Source: Octopus sinensis (Eukaryota). Taken from it: a stretch of 64,000 nt of DNA. The stretch is from assembly GCF_006345805.1 (NCBI RefSeq), contig NC_043002.1:68324001-68388000 (forward strand), in the 5' to 3' direction. The notes under the pieces were generated by a model, which was not told the origin of the DNA, did no database searches, and was given only the letters and a program-made list of their open reading frames with translations. A program made the position numbers and the translations under genes. Each line of letters opens with the position of its first letter. Position 1 is the first letter of the stretch. Shown in pieces: positions 48,775-63,007 of the stretch.

Positions 48775-51177
48775 TATTATAATTGAATAGAGGAATTAAA
48801 ATTACGCCGAATTTTCATAAACACATGACACAAAGTAATGTCACCTCAATTCAAGTGGGTCACCTAACAATCCCTCTGACAGCACAGAGCCAAACTAACA
48901 AGTGTTTAACAGTTTCTCCTCTGATCTGCTCATCATCATCATTTAACATTCATCTTTTATGTTGGCATGAGTTGGATGGCTTGACAGGAACTGGTAAGCC
49001 AGAAGACTGTATCAAGCTCCACTGTCTGCTATAGCTTGGTTTCTACAGCTGGATACAATTCCTAATGCCAGCTACTTGACAGAGTGAATTGGGTGCATTT
49101 TACATCAGAGAATTTTTTTAATCAGTTCCGATTTTCTTCTGTTATATCTAGTGATTTCTTGTTATTCTTATTCTGTGAAGTTTGGTAGTGAAAATATTTT
49201 TCTTCTTTTATCTAACTTGTTTTAGCTACAGGGCTTTCGCCATGCTGGAGCACCGCCTTGAAGGGTTTAGTTGAACAAATTGACCCTAATACTTATATTT
49301 CTTTAAAAAGTTTGGCACTGATTTTATCAGTTTCTTTTGCCAAACCACAACCAGTTGGCAAGAGGTGATTGGGATAAACAAAACACACACATACAAGCTT
49401 CCACATAGTTTCCATTTAGCAAATTCACTCATAAAGCATTGGTTAGTCCAGGGCTATAGAAAATACTTGTCCAAGGTACCATGCAGTAAGACTGAACCTA
49501 AAATCATGAAGTTGCAAAGTGAACTTCTTAACCACACAGCTATGCTTGAGGATAAATTTCTGAATATTGAAGCACCAGAAATGAAATTGAGTTTCATCAA
49601 TAATAAATTCGAACAGAAACCTATTCATATTTACAGTGTTTAAACTAAGTGTGGATGTAAACACAACCCCTCCCCCCCCCCAGAAATGAAGGGCTGGTGA
49701 GGCTCTTTCATATGTGCCATCAGCACTTTTGTCAATACTCCAATAAATAATTACAAACACAAATTCTTCATTTAGTTTTAAAAATGTCACTATATTTTCA
49801 CTGATGTTAAATGGAATTTTAAAAAATGGACCTTAATATGGAATGGGGAAATCAAAATCATGTATTTTATGCAATTCTCAATTCTATGTATATCTTAATA
49901 CATGTATAAACTTTTCCTCATATAAAAAGAAAAAGAGATGATTTTGTTCAAATATTATATAATAGAGCTGTCTTGTAGAAAGTTACATTGTGCATCAGTC
50001 TAAGATTACATGGTTCCTTTGTCTTCATCTCCCATTTCTAATAATGGCATGATTCCATTAAATAATATTGTGTGCTGCATTAAGTCAAATAGGATTTCCA
50101 TTTCTATCTCCAATCAGAGTGGAATTCAATGTTTTATTCTGGCAATATAGTTAAAGAGCTTGAGTATATGACTAGAAAAAGATATTTTAATATAGTCTAT
50201 ATAACCTTTCAGTTTCAACATGTCTGTTCTTATGGGAAGCTATTCTTCATACAAACATGATCCTTCTATGTGATGCAATATTTTTTCCAGAAGTATTGTT
50301 GTAAAAAAACAAATATTCCTCTATTAATATCAACAACTATAATATCTTCTCTTGAATGATAGCTTCCTGAATTTGAGGAAGTACTTCACAACCTCAATTC
50401 ACCAACTTTTACAAATAACATTAGCAGACATTTATGCTCACACTGAGATGGATAGAGAATTTGCCAAACTTACATATTAGAAGTATTCTTGATTAGATAG
50501 TTAGTCATTGCCAGCAGAATCTACTCATAAATCTGCTATCAAAATCCACTGACTTAACTTGCTTCATCAAATTCAGAATTGAGTTGTTAACACGGTGGGT
50601 TCTTTTCTTTCTACTAGGTTCAAGTTTTTGGATCATCACCAAAACACATCTTTGTTGTGTATTTTATATAAGGATTTCAATGATCATTACTCTGATGAAC
50701 TCCCTGATCTAGTACCTCTTTTCAACACCTTTAGATGTTCTTTATCCTAGGTACATTGTTTCTATGTTGAGCTTCTGGTTTATCAAAATGCCTTTTATTC
50801 TAATAGCTTCTTTCCTTGAACTGCTGATATCAGAAACTCATTACCATTGTTTTGTTTTCCTCTTTTCTATGATATTCAGTGCTTTATGTTTTCTGTTAAT
50901 CAACATCTTTTCAACTTATAGGTGACCTCTTTTCCGTCTTTATAGTCCCATACACCATTGTTGCCTCATTCTTTGTTTGGGACAAAATGGTTAAAAATAA
51001 AAAAATTTGTAAAAAAAATGTTTATTGACTCAATGTCTTGTTCAACAGGATGAGGGATAAAGTCAATCCTAGTTGAACTTGAAATGAGAATAGAAAGAGA
51101 CAGAGCTGAGAGACTGTTAATCCAACACTCTACTGCCTTATATAACATTGCAATATAAAAGGGAAAAAACAACTTAC

Positions 51178-51354
51178 CGAGAAATTAAACCAAATTGTGT
51201 AAGTTCTTCAAAATACAAGAGGTCATGCATCCATTGCCTGTAATTTTCTCGACAGAAAGCTTGCGATATCACTTCTCGCATTTGTAGTTTATTGGGATCT
51301 GGTAGAGGATATTCCTCCAGCAGAAATTCTTCTTTTTCAGATAAAGGAAGAGGA
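51178..51354 (-). CDS. HELZ: HELZ exon PLPLSEKEEFLLEEYPLP...NYRQWMHDLLYFEE...IS
   Basis: 177 bp, TTCTAG acceptor, GTAAG donor, phase 2/2. Confidence 0.92.
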
Positions 51355-51807
51355 CTAGAAAAATAATTAACAAATAATTTTAAATTTAAGATCAAGGTTT
51401 AAAATTACATTTTCTCAGTTTTTTCATACAGAATTATTCATTTACAACTGTCAGTTAAAAAAATGTGATTTGAAACTCAGTTATACAAGTTTGCAACATT
51501 TTAATATTGGTAATTAAGTTTGATATTTCACAAAGCATCTATTCAGATAAAAGTTAAAAGAAATGGGTAAAGCTAACAGGGAAAGAAAGCCAAATGTCTT
51601 AAACTTGCTTAATTATAGACTGACTTCATTATTTTTATTTATTATAATACTAAGCAAGACAAAATTAAAATATTAATTAGAGAAAAATATTCTTCATTTT
51701 CAAGGAAATATTTTTTTCCTAGACATAACAGCTTTGAGACAAAAAATATCAAATAGCTAGTTTATATTTCAAGTAAACTCTAGGAAAGTGAGTAAATTAA
51801 AACATAC

Positions 51808-52007
51808 TGTGGTTCAAACTTCACCAAATCTATATTGAATTCATTCCATCTGTTTGCATCAAATGACATTAAGTCTTTTGAAAGTTTATCTCCTTCAGGG
51901 ATAGGAGCAGATTCAACATGCATTTCTTTCGAAAGTAGAGGGTCAGTTCCAAAATCAAAAACAATAATCTGACGAAATGTACCATAGATATTTGTCTTGA
52001 AGACCAC
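51808..52007 (-). CDS. HELZ: HELZ exon VVFKTNIYGTFRQIIVFDFG...FEP
   Basis: 200 bp, TAG acceptor, GTATGT donor; HELZ-typical GTFRQxIVFDFG. Confidence 0.92.
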
Positions 52008-53181
52008 CTATAACAACAGACAAAAAAAATCACATTGAAATAAAAGCCACAATTTTGAAGTTAAAAAAAACCCCAACAAACTAATACTGAATTAGTTTTC
52101 AGCCTCAAAAGAAATCTGTTCCGACTGAACAGTATACTAAGGTTCAATAAACATTAAAGCATCAGCTAGCTTCACTAGATAATACCTTGTGGTGGATATT
52201 TAAAACACTATTTAAATTTCACCAATTGAAAACACCATTGCTCTTAAGAAATTTGCAATCTGTGTCCAGTTCCAACTAATATGATCCATAACATATACCT
52301 CTCTCCTCCTCACCATTCATACTGTGCCTCTTTCTCTTTGACAACAAGTATTACAAATAGCTGTCCATTTCAAGGCTTACTTACTAAGCTTGCAAATTTA
52401 TGTCTTATATAAACAAATCAATCTCACTGTCATTCCAATTTGAGCAGATATGGATAAAACCCATTCTCTGCAAGCATAATAATAATAAAAAAATCTGAAT
52501 AACCACCCAGTCCATTCCACATATAATTAATCCTCTCTTCTCATATAAATTGCTTCTGTTTAGATTACTACCCACCATTAATTTAATCTAGTCTAAACAG
52601 ATATGAACAATCTATTCCAGTCGGTTCTTATGTAAGAATGGTTGAAATCTAGCAGAGAATTTCTCCAATGTCAAAACAGCATGCCTAGTTGACAGAAAAA
52701 CTGTGCCTTAGTAAAGAGAAACATAAAATAAGCCACATGAGGATGCAGCTACATTACTTTGGACAATAAATGAAAGAAAAATTATATTGTAAAATTATTT
52801 AGGAATTTTAAGACTGAACCAATTGGCAGGAGACCTAAGGGTTGAATAATATCCATAAGCTCAGTCATTTATGCCTGAGAATCCAGCCAGAAAGTGTAAT
52901 GACAGTTGCTTCTGGTAGGACCCTATGGAGGAAGTGCCTGAAGACACTACCCCCATGACCATCCCAGCAATAATGGGCAGCAAAGATCAATATATGGATA
53001 AATTTTTTTTTTTTTATTTCATAATGCAAAACTATTTTAGCAAAATAATTCGAAATTATTTTAGTGAAATTTTGAATTTTTTTAGATTAATTAGCCTCAA
53101 GTAAATGAATTCAATAAATTAGGAAAATTATGATGAGGTCAAGCACTTTTAAATAGATAATGAAAGTAAAGGGTTAAATAC

Positions 53182-53379
53182 CTTGATCCTATAGACATTC
53201 TCTACAGTACTTGGACTTGGTATGTTCTTTGTTTGATATGCTTCATAATTAACCCATTCTTGGCAAAGATTTTCAATGTTTTGATGTTTTTGGGCTTTAC
53301 GTGGACCAATAGAAATGCTGGAAATGCGGAAAAATAGCCGACTATTGTCATCCAACAAGATTACTCTGTGAAGACATAC
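53182..53379 (-). CDS. HELZ: HELZ exon VCLHRVILLDDNSRLFFRI...VYRIK
   Basis: 198 bp, TTTCAG acceptor, GTATTT donor; overlaps ORF 53149..53358. Confidence 0.88.
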
Positions 53380-54365
53380 CTGAAATAAGACAGAGAAATA
53401 AATGAAAACATTACAAAAATAACAAAGATATAATAAGTGACAAGTGGCTATCCAGTAGGAAAGGAAGAAGCTGAGTCAGGGGTATGGTCATAAAAGACAT
53501 ACTTATATGTATGAATGACCAAGATTTTACTTAGCTTGACATGTCTTCCCAAGCACAGTAAATTATCAGAAGTATCGACCCCTTGTAATCTCCTTTGTGA
53601 AGCTCAACCTCTGAAGAGCATTTCTCACCACTTCATCCAATTTGCTGGGCCTCATACATGCACACTGACATTGCCCATCCAGCAGAACATTCTGGTTTCA
53701 CTTCTTTCATCCTTTGCATATCCTCTGTAATCACAGCTCATGTTTCACTGCCATGTAGCACAGCTGTTCATTCACAGGCATCATACAATCTGCCTTTTAC
53801 TCTGAGGGAGAGGCCCTTTGTTACCAACAAAAGTAGAAGCTCTCTGAACTTTGCCTAGCCCTTTCTTCATATCCTTCATTACTTTATCCACATAAGGCTC
53901 TTTTTTAGGGTCACTTAAAATTCTCTCACCGAATTTTCCAAACCCTGGATCTTTCATCTCACATAGAGTTTATAAATCTTATATTCTGCGAATGCAAAAT
54001 CTTGAAACTATTCAAACCCTATTTATTCTCCTAAAATAACTTATTTCTATAAAGAATCAAGTCAAAGATTAAGTTAAATTATATCATTATATACATTATA
54101 CAATTACAGGTGAAATAAACATCAGAGATGCTTTGACCCTGCAGAAACTGCAGTAGCTACTCAGAGGTATTGCAGGCTCTTCTTCTAAACCCATCACAAT
54201 GTTAAAAACCCTTTTGTATCACCCATAGGTATCGCAGGATTGCAAGCATTTTGCTCTTTAGCTTGTATGCTTCATCTGAGTTGGCAGTGAGGACAAAATT
54301 AATCCTTGGCTGTAGAAGGGTTCCAGTGTTATTTATTAATGACATAACTCTTTTTGCATGAATAT

Positions 54366-55278
54366 GCAAGGTGTGTTAAAAAAAAAATCTGACTTTATTT
54401 TTCCCCCACCAAAACTAATGCCAAGAGGACAAAATCCTTTCGGGTAGGAGGTGACACCACCTTTCTTGTGCATGAGTGAAATTTTTCACACCAGTAGGCC
54501 ATGTCAGTTCCAACCTATTACACCTAAAGTATGGATGCATAGTGCTAACTCGTAGGGTTTTCATTTTCCCAAAACGCATTAAGTGGAGATACTGCATCAA
54601 ATTTTCCCCAAACCTTGGTGATACTCAAACTTAAACCAGCCAGAAGATTCAGCAGGCAATTGGTGATGATGCTATGAGCAAAACTCAGATCAAGAAGTAG
54701 TACAACCACTTCAAACATGGCCACACTTCAGTGAAGAGTGAGGCATGCTCAGGCAGGCCATCCACAAGCCAAAAGTTGGAGCCAATTGAGAAAATTCAGC
54801 GAATAGTCATGGAAGATCATGTAACAACCCAGGAAATTGTTTGTAAAGTGGGAATAAGCACAGGGCTAGAGCATTCCATTGTAGCAGAGGATTTGTGCAT
54901 GTGGAGAGTGTTGGTGAAATTCATCCCCAAGGTGCTGGTGGAGCAGCAGAAGCAATTCCACATGGAAATCACTCAGAACAAGCTGGACTGTGCAAACCAT
55001 AACCCAAACTTCATGAAGACAATCATCACTGATGATGAAACATGGGTTTATGGCCTCTGCTCAGTGTTTACTCATCTTGTATGGAAATGAAAATCCAACG
55101 AGCGTGCACTATACGTCTACATTCTTGGTGTAACAGCTGGGAACTGATGCAGCCTGTCAGTGCAAAAAATTTCACTCATGCGCAGGAAGGGGGGCGTCAC
55201 CTCTCACCCAAAGAATTTTGTATACGTAGCCTTAGTTCTGGTGGGAAAAATAGTTGGATACTTTTTGAATGCACCTCA
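54366..55278 (+). mobile_element. Rearranged mariner remnant with inverted arms of about 200 bp
   Basis: Transposase fragment SGRPST...IITDDETWVYG (ORF 54731..55090); the right end is an inverted copy of the left end. Confidence 0.8.
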
Positions 55279-55325
55279 TATATTAAACTCACACCCAAGA
55301 ACTGAATTAAATATGAACTATTTCA

Positions 55326-55680
55326 TAGGCACAGGAGTGGCTGTGTGGTAAGTAACTTGCTTACCAACCACATGGTTCTGGGTTCAGTCCCACTGTGTGG
55401 CACCTTGGGCAAGTGTCTCCTACTATAGCCTCAGGCCAACCAAAGCCTTGTGAGTGGATTTGTTAGACGGAAACTGAAAGAAGCCCATCATGTATATGTA
55501 TATATATGTGTGTTTGTGTTTGTCCCCCCCAACATCGCTTGACAACTGATGCTGGTGTGTTTACATCCCTGTAACTTAGTGGTTCAGCAAAAGAGGCTGA
55601 TAGAATAAGTACCAGGCTTACAAAGAATAAGTCTTGGGGTCGATTTGCTTGACTGCAGTCAAATGACTGAAACAAGTACA
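55326..55680 (+). mobile_element. SINE family 1 copy
   Basis: Same head, core and tail as 3143-3580. Confidence 0.85.
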
Positions 55681-56030
55681 AGAGTATTACTAGCTTACAG
55701 CTAAAATAGAAGCAAACTAAAGCAGGCAGAGGAAAATGAAGCTATACTGTTGATACTATGTTGACACCAAGGAAAAGGGCCCATTAGGTTTTCATAAAAA
55801 TTACATACAGCAGAGAAAGAAAATAAGTACTTCAAATATAGAATATATGACAGTAGTTTCACTACCAAATATATTTTAAAAGATCATTTTTTTTTTTTTT
55901 TTTTTTATCTGCTTGCAAGACTGACATTAATCAATCATTTAACAATTTTAATATCATTAGCTCTGATTTAACAATCTGAAAATACACAGTATATACAGGT
56001 AAAAAGAATATATAAAAAAATATTTCTTAC

Positions 56031-56138
56031 CTTACTAGTAACAGTAAAAGTCCAAGAATTAGTACACTTCTTATTGGACATATTTACTTTCAAGTCAGAA
56101 TTTATGTGTAACTTCACATAATCCAAATTGGAAACAAG
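56031..56138 (-). CDS. HELZ: HELZ exon LVSNLDYVKLHINSDLKVNMSNKKCTNSWTFTVTSK
   Basis: 108 bp, TTTCAG acceptor, GTAAG donor, phase 0/0; not in the ORF track. Confidence 0.88.
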
Positions 56139-57299
56139 CTGAAATGATTAAAAAAAAAATTTTTTTTTAATTATGAGAAAGAGACTAAATATTACAAAAA
56201 CAAAAAGTTTAAATTTGTTATAATGAGCAACAAGTAAAGTGCATTTGAGTTGCTAACAAACATTTGTTATTCTACCTCAATAATAATCAAACTGGTAATA
56301 TGTTAGGCTCTAATCGAAAAAAGGTAGACTTAATTGTCAGGTTTGATTGCATTTAAATCTGAATGTAATCAATTTCACAAGTTCACAGAAAGATGGAATC
56401 AAGAATTTTTCAGGGTGAAAGGCATTAAATTAATTTTCAGAGCCCTTTAATGTAAAAATTTGAGGGTAGTAAAATAAGATTATAGGTTTTTTTTTTTTAC
56501 TTAATCAAAACTGCTAAAGCTAAAATAAATTGACTGATTCCAGTTTGTAAGGAAATTGTTATTTTTTATATAATTAAACTAAAGAAAACAAGTTGAAGAG
56601 AAAGGTGCCGCTAGAGTATATAACTGCAGCAATATTTTAACATAGGATAAAGAATGAAGTCAAATACAGTGCAATACTCAAAGCCTCCACACTTATGATT
56701 TTGTGGACCCCATTTAGATTTTGATTAAACATTGAAAGGGGTGTCAGTAGAGCATAACTGATGCAATACTTTAACATAGGATGAAGAATAAAAGTCAATC
56801 ACCTTTTACTAGATCAATAATCAAAGCCCTCATATTTAACAGACACAGTTTGATTTCGATTAACCCTTTAGTGTTCAGATTATTCTATCAAACATAATGC
56901 TTATTGGTTTACATTGTTTTGAATCATGCACTATTGAAATTTCATGGTGTGATTGTTTAATTGTAGGGTAGGTGTGTAAGCTTGGATCTGGTCAGTTTGA
57001 ACATAAAACAAATGGAATATTTTGGCTGGATATGGCTGGTTTAAATGCTAAAGTGTAGATTGAAAATAAAAGGCCAAATATAATGCAAGACAGGAGATAG
57101 TTAAACCTTTATAATTAATTACTGCAATAGACTAACATTTGGATATGAATGGCTCCTTTATAAACTTGGCATTTATTAACGATTTTCCTATAAGGGGTAC
57201 ATACGTTATAAATGATACAATGAACTACTATGATTGCTGCCACCTCTGCACCACAACATAACCAAATACTTCAAATGACAAATTAAAACAAATTATTAC

Positions 57300-57498
57300 C
57301 AAAGATTCAGGATTTTCTGAAAGTAACAACTTTTCAGCCAATTTTTCCATGTAAGAAATTCCATGAAGTTGCTTGTCCCGAGCCTTTTGAAGTGACTGTT
57401 TCTTAAATTCAAACCTGTCCTTCCACTCTTGTAATTCATCTTCGGAATGAGCTTGAGTACAGTTTTCACTGTAAGAGCACTTACCAGTTTCCAGGAAA
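57300..57498 (-). CDS. HELZ: HELZ exon, CCCH finger FLETGKCSYSENCTQAHSEDELQEW...
   Basis: TTTTTTAG acceptor, GTAATA donor; within ORF 57228..57515. Confidence 0.92.
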
Positions 57499-58559
57499 CT
57501 AAAAAACACAGACACAAACAGTTTGATTCAGTAACAATTATTAAATCCTCATCACATACGCTTTTATTTTCTATTTTTTGTAAATAGTATTTTAAAACAC
57601 AAATTTTTGATGGCGAAACTATCAAAAAGAAACAACATCCAAGATTGACTAAATGAATATCCTATCCTCAAACAAGGGGCTTGATCCAAATTCTTGCAAC
57701 TGAGACTCTATCAAAGACATCAAAGGGCTAATTGATGGTGTTAAACTGGGTAATCTTTTATCTTTAACCTGTTTCAGTCATTGGACAAAGGGTTTTAGTC
57801 AAATGGATTGACATCAGCACTTACTTTTTTTAAGTTTGTTATTTCAGTCTTTTTTGCCAAACCAGTAAGTTGTCAAGTGGTAGGGGGGGGGGCTAAAAAA
57901 AGCACAAACACACACATTGGGCTTCCAGTTTCCATCTACAAGATTCACTTAAAACCCAATGGTCAGCCCTGGGCTATAGTAGAAGACAATTGTTCAAGGT
58001 GCCATGCAGTGAAACTGAACCTGGAAGCACATGGCTGCAGAATGAACTTCCTAACCACACTGCTATACCTGCACCTAAATGCTAGAAATGTTGACCCTCA
58101 AAATACATACCTAGGTATGGATATATAGTACAAGTGGATGATGGATGCAACAGAAGTTATTGGTGGTGGGTTGAAGGTAACTGTAGAGATTATCTTCAGA
58201 GAAGTAGAGAAGTAGGGTTAAGAATGTTTGTGAAAGAGATCAAGATACACAGAGATGTTATACTGCAGAGAAATTAATAAATTTGACACTAAGCAGCAAT
58301 GGTGGCAACAACTCCAGTAAAGGAGCCAGCCACTATGTGGTCACTTGCCCTGCTAGAAATTGCAGCTAAATCTTCAAATCACACTCTACTACTAACTTAA
58401 ATGATGAATGAACATATTAGATAATGTAGTCCTTCAAGTCTCTTAAATGACAGTACAGCCACAGCTAGATTATTATTCATAGGTAGGTCTTGAGTGCTGC
58501 AAGGAGGAAATGAGAATCTATGTTGTGCAGACTAAGACAACATTTGTTTTCTCAAGAAA

Positions 58560-59230
58560 GTCTTCCTAATGCATTCTGTATGCTGCAAGTTAGTGGAACA
58601 TCACTGAAACAAGTGGTGAAGTTTAAGTACCTTGGGGGCCATATTCATGATTAATGGAAGGTTGATGGCTGAATAGGATGCCAGAATTGCAGGTGCTGAC
58701 ACAGTAATGTGCCAACTCAAGCATTTGGTCCTCAGTAGAGGCAAAAAAAGAAAAAAGCAAAATAAACTTCCTATTTTCAATTTGGCTTTCCTGTCTATCC
58801 TCACCTATGGTCATGAATGTTGGAATTGAAAGAAAGGGTACAATTGTGAGTACACAGCGCCAAAATGGGGTTTCTCTGAAGGATCTTGGGGATAACTTTA
58901 TTTGACAAAGTGCATAACTTGGAGATTAGGGAGTCTCTCCACTTCAGGTCACTTCTTCTGTGCATAGAATGGTTACAGCTCTGGCACTATGGACATGTCA
59001 TTAGAATGTCACAAGAAAGAATCACAAGATGGATTTTTCAGGCTGTGTCAACCAGCAGGAGACTTAGGGATAGACCAAGAACAAGATGGCTGGATGACAT
59101 CTATATTCTCAGTTGGTCAAGCTTGCCAATCCAGCTGGAAAGTCTAACGACAGGTTTTTTCTGATGGAATCCTATGGAGGAGGTGCCTGAAGATTCTTCC
59201 TCCAAGATCTTTCCAGGGTTAGTGGGCAGA
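58560..59230 (+). mobile_element. RTE-clade LINE 3' fragment
   Basis: ILTYGHECW and HYGHVIRM...RPRTRWLD (ORF 58886..59164). Confidence 0.8.
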
Positions 59231-62200
59231 GAAGACAAATTGATCGATCAGATTGGATGGCCTAATCAGTCAGGTTTGATGATCCTCAACTTCAGTAGGT
59301 TTTCTCTAGGATATAATTTGCAAAAGTAAACTGTATGCAGTTCAATCTCTGCTATAACTATACTCAACTTTCATTACCTATACAAAAAGAGAATTTTTTT
59401 TTGATTTAACATATCAGGAATGGCTCAATCCTGCTGAAAAACTATGACTGAAACACCTTACTCTTTTTAATTTGGGAACAGCAAGATGAGAAGCATGGAG
59501 CAATTATGTTCTTCAATGACAACAGTATATGATATTCTGATAAGATCCTTTAGAGAGAAAGAGAGAGAAAAAAAAGGAGGGTTTCAATATGTAATTTTTT
59601 GGTAAAACCTATACAAACAGTTATTTTTGGTGATCACAAGAGTTGCTCATAAAACTGAGAATTACTAGAGGACCACATGTAATGATTTCAAGTACTGACC
59701 ACACCACTGAACTGAAAATGGGCTTCACCTGTGCCTCATCTGTCCACAGCACATTTTACTTATGTTTTATCATCACTGATTTTAGTCTTTCATTCTTTCC
59801 CTGGTGTCAATCATTGAACTGTGATCATGATGGGGAACGGCCTTTAGGGTGTTTTATTTATTTATTTGAGTCATTATAGCGACTCTAGTATTTATGTCAG
59901 TCTGGCATTTATTTAAACATTCAATATTTTAATGATTGGTTATGTTATCATTTTGACTTAGCACTGGCTATGATGTATGCCCTTGAATTTTCCCCACACC
60001 CAACTATACGAGCTTATACAGCAAACCCAAAAGCACCATTACCATAAAAGCACCACCATGGTCAGCCTCCACTTCTCTTATATCATTCATCCACACTAAT
60101 ATTATATATCCAGTGAAACATGCCTCATTTCTTTCCAGCCTTTTGAAATCTTTTGCATTCAAGTTCCACATCTCATTACCTCAAAACATCTTACTTTGTA
60201 TACAACTAGCATACAATCTGCTCCTCACAGAGAGAGGAACCCTTTGTTATTAGAAGAACTAACAGCTCCCTCAAATTTTCCACTTCCTTACCCTGACAAC
60301 TATGCTGTCATATCACCCACCTTTACTGCAAATTAGGTCATCTAGGTAACAGATGCTATCAACTACTTTTAGGAAGCCATTAGAGAATATTGAAGAATAT
60401 ATTTCACTGTGTACTCTTACTGGAACAAAAAAAACAAAAGAAGTACAAGTCAACTTATTTTAAGGAAGAAACAGAAGTGAGTTTCATGTTTTGCACAGTT
60501 GCTCTTTGCCAAGAAAAAGCAATGAAGAAAAGAAAAACCTTATGTGGCAGGAATAAAATTGATTGTAGAAGTAGTTAGGGTGACATGATATTTCTCAGCC
60601 AGAAATTTTTTTTTTTTTCAGTCAAAGAAGATGATGTACAAGACTTCTACTGTATTTGTGTGACAGCATATCTATGTACAGTGAGGTGTGTATACAAATG
60701 GTTCTCAGTACAGAAGTGCATGTACAAAAGGTTCATCAATGTCCATGTATACATCTCATGTAACTTGCAAATTTTTACATTTTATATAGAAAATAATATT
60801 TCTTATATTTTTGCTAAAAACCATGGATTCACACAAGTAAGACAAAGGAAAAAAACAAACACATATATACATATATATTTATGTATTTCCTATTGATAGA
60901 TGGACAAATAAAACCTCATTTCACATCTATACGTTGCGTTTGGGTGTGGTTCAGAACAGATCACCCCTATTTATATGTATTTCAATTACTCATGTAATTA
61001 AGGCAGCAAGCAAGCAGAATCATTAGCACATCAGGCAAAATGCACAATGGCCTTTTGTCACTCTTTACATTCCGAGTTCAAATCTCACCAAGGTCAACTT
61101 TGCCTTTCATCCTTTTGAGGTCAATAAAATAAGTACCAGTTGAACACTGAAGTCAAGATAATTGACTTGCTCCCACCCCCTGTAATTGCAGGACTTGTAC
61201 CAAATTTGAAATCAATTACTCATATAATAAACAATTTGGTAAGAAACAGGGCTCTTGAATGGATTATACCTGTATATAAAGACCCCACTGTGCAAATATG
61301 TGTGTGTTTTATCAAGTCAAGTGAGATAAGAAATGAGAATATGTTCGATGTGTGTGTGTGTGTGCAGGCTAAATGGGTAGTGTGTATGCATAAATAAAAT
61401 GGATAATCAAAATGATTAGAATGGAATGGTGCTTTTCAAATAAGAATGAAGAGGCAGTTGTAAAGTGGTTGTGTAGGATGTTTATCAGTCTGTGTGTGAA
61501 TGGGGGGGGGGTACTTTAAAACCCATCTCCTCCATTTTCTTTTCATCTCTTCAAATCCAGTAATAGTATCATTCCACAATCATATACACTGGTTAAAATA
61601 TTAAATTACTGGTTTTATACACACCACTATTTTAATCTAAGTGCATATATTAATTGAATTATAGCTAGGCTAGCTTTTGCAAAACAATAAATGGTTTATT
61701 TTCTTATTTGCATATTGGAACAAGCATTTCTTTAGCTGAGTTCAGAACATCCACAGTATTCATCAGTGAGAATATCATGGTCTCTCAACACATTGCTCCT
61801 GACTGCATCTTCACTTGCATAGCATCACTGTTTATCAGAGGGTGCCAAGAGAAAAGGTTTCCCAAACAACAGCAAATAAAAATAAATAAATAAACCCTGC
61901 AGCTAGGTAGAACAATGAGTTTGAAGCCATGGAAAACACTTTGGGATGCTGCCATCTTTGCTGGTGCATATCCTGTATCTTCTGCCAAATCATTACATAA
62001 ACGATACTCCTAACAAGTCTGTTTTTTAAGAGGCTTAGCTGTAAGCCAATTGAATCAAATTAGTGGTTAGATGGAACTCAGAATCATGGATTCCTTTTCT
62101 CTTTCCCCTCATCCAAACCCTTAAACCCTTAAATTACAAAGCTAATTCACAAGACAATTCTTCCTTCTCATCCCAAACATTTGTAAACCTTGATCTATTC

Positions 62201-62450
62201 ATCACTTCCTGCTGGTTTACCTACTGGTAAATAAACCAAAGGAATATTGTTTGAGACACAAATCTCTTGTCCTCTGTTTCTAACCTATCTCTGCTCTCGA
62301 AGTACACTCTATAATCCAACTTTGTCTTGAAAATTGGTTTCTGTATATATAGATATAGATTGAAACCTTTCCTCTTATCACATGCATCTGTCATCAGGAT
62401 ATCAACAATGATGACTTGCAATTGATCTGATTTGGACAGCTTCACTGCTA

Positions 62451-63007
62451 TCTATATATATAAAAGGCAGGAAGTGTGTGTATGTGTGTGTGTTTACGTG
62501 AATGTAATTTATGCACGTCCACAAATTAGCACGCATGTCTCTCCAATATTAGGATGACATTCGTTATGACCCTAGCTGTATTTTCATCAACTTATTTTTG
62601 CCAGAGCCACCAGCAAATAGTAGTAGAAATAAATTTTCAACCAAAACTTTTAACAATTTTCAAATCGGAGAAATCACCATTGCTTGCAAACAGGAGTTAA
62701 GTCCCCTCCTAGCGACGAGTAAGTTTTTGTTAAGACTGTTGTTTTTTTTGCCATCAAGGAAAAAGATGTTTTGTTGATAGACGGGCAACACACACACACA
62801 CATGAACATGTATGCGTACAAAAAACATGTATGTAATAGGTGTACGTACATACGTGTGTGTGTGCTGCCCATATATATATATAAACCAATTTCAATGGAT
62901 TTCACCCGAATTTGACATTGATGTTACTTAGTTTGGTTTGAAATAAAGAACTTGATTAGCTTAATAATCCTAACTTAATCCTGGGCAAAGCCAGGTTATT
63001 CTGCTAG
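62451..63007 (+). mobile_element. Non-autonomous Helitron
   Basis: A|TCTATATATATAAA 5' end, GC hairpin CCTGGGCAAAGCCAGG at 62980-62995, 3' CTAG|T; no TSD. Confidence 0.8.

Noticed and set aside
56620-56840. Diverged direct duplication with a period of about 135 bp
   Set aside because: Ordinary old intronic tandem duplication with no further structure.
61785-62445. ORFs 61785..61988 and 62221..62445 as extra HELZ exons
   Set aside because: They would split the CCCH finger, have no HELZ similarity and lack convincing splice sites; probably decayed transposon sequence.
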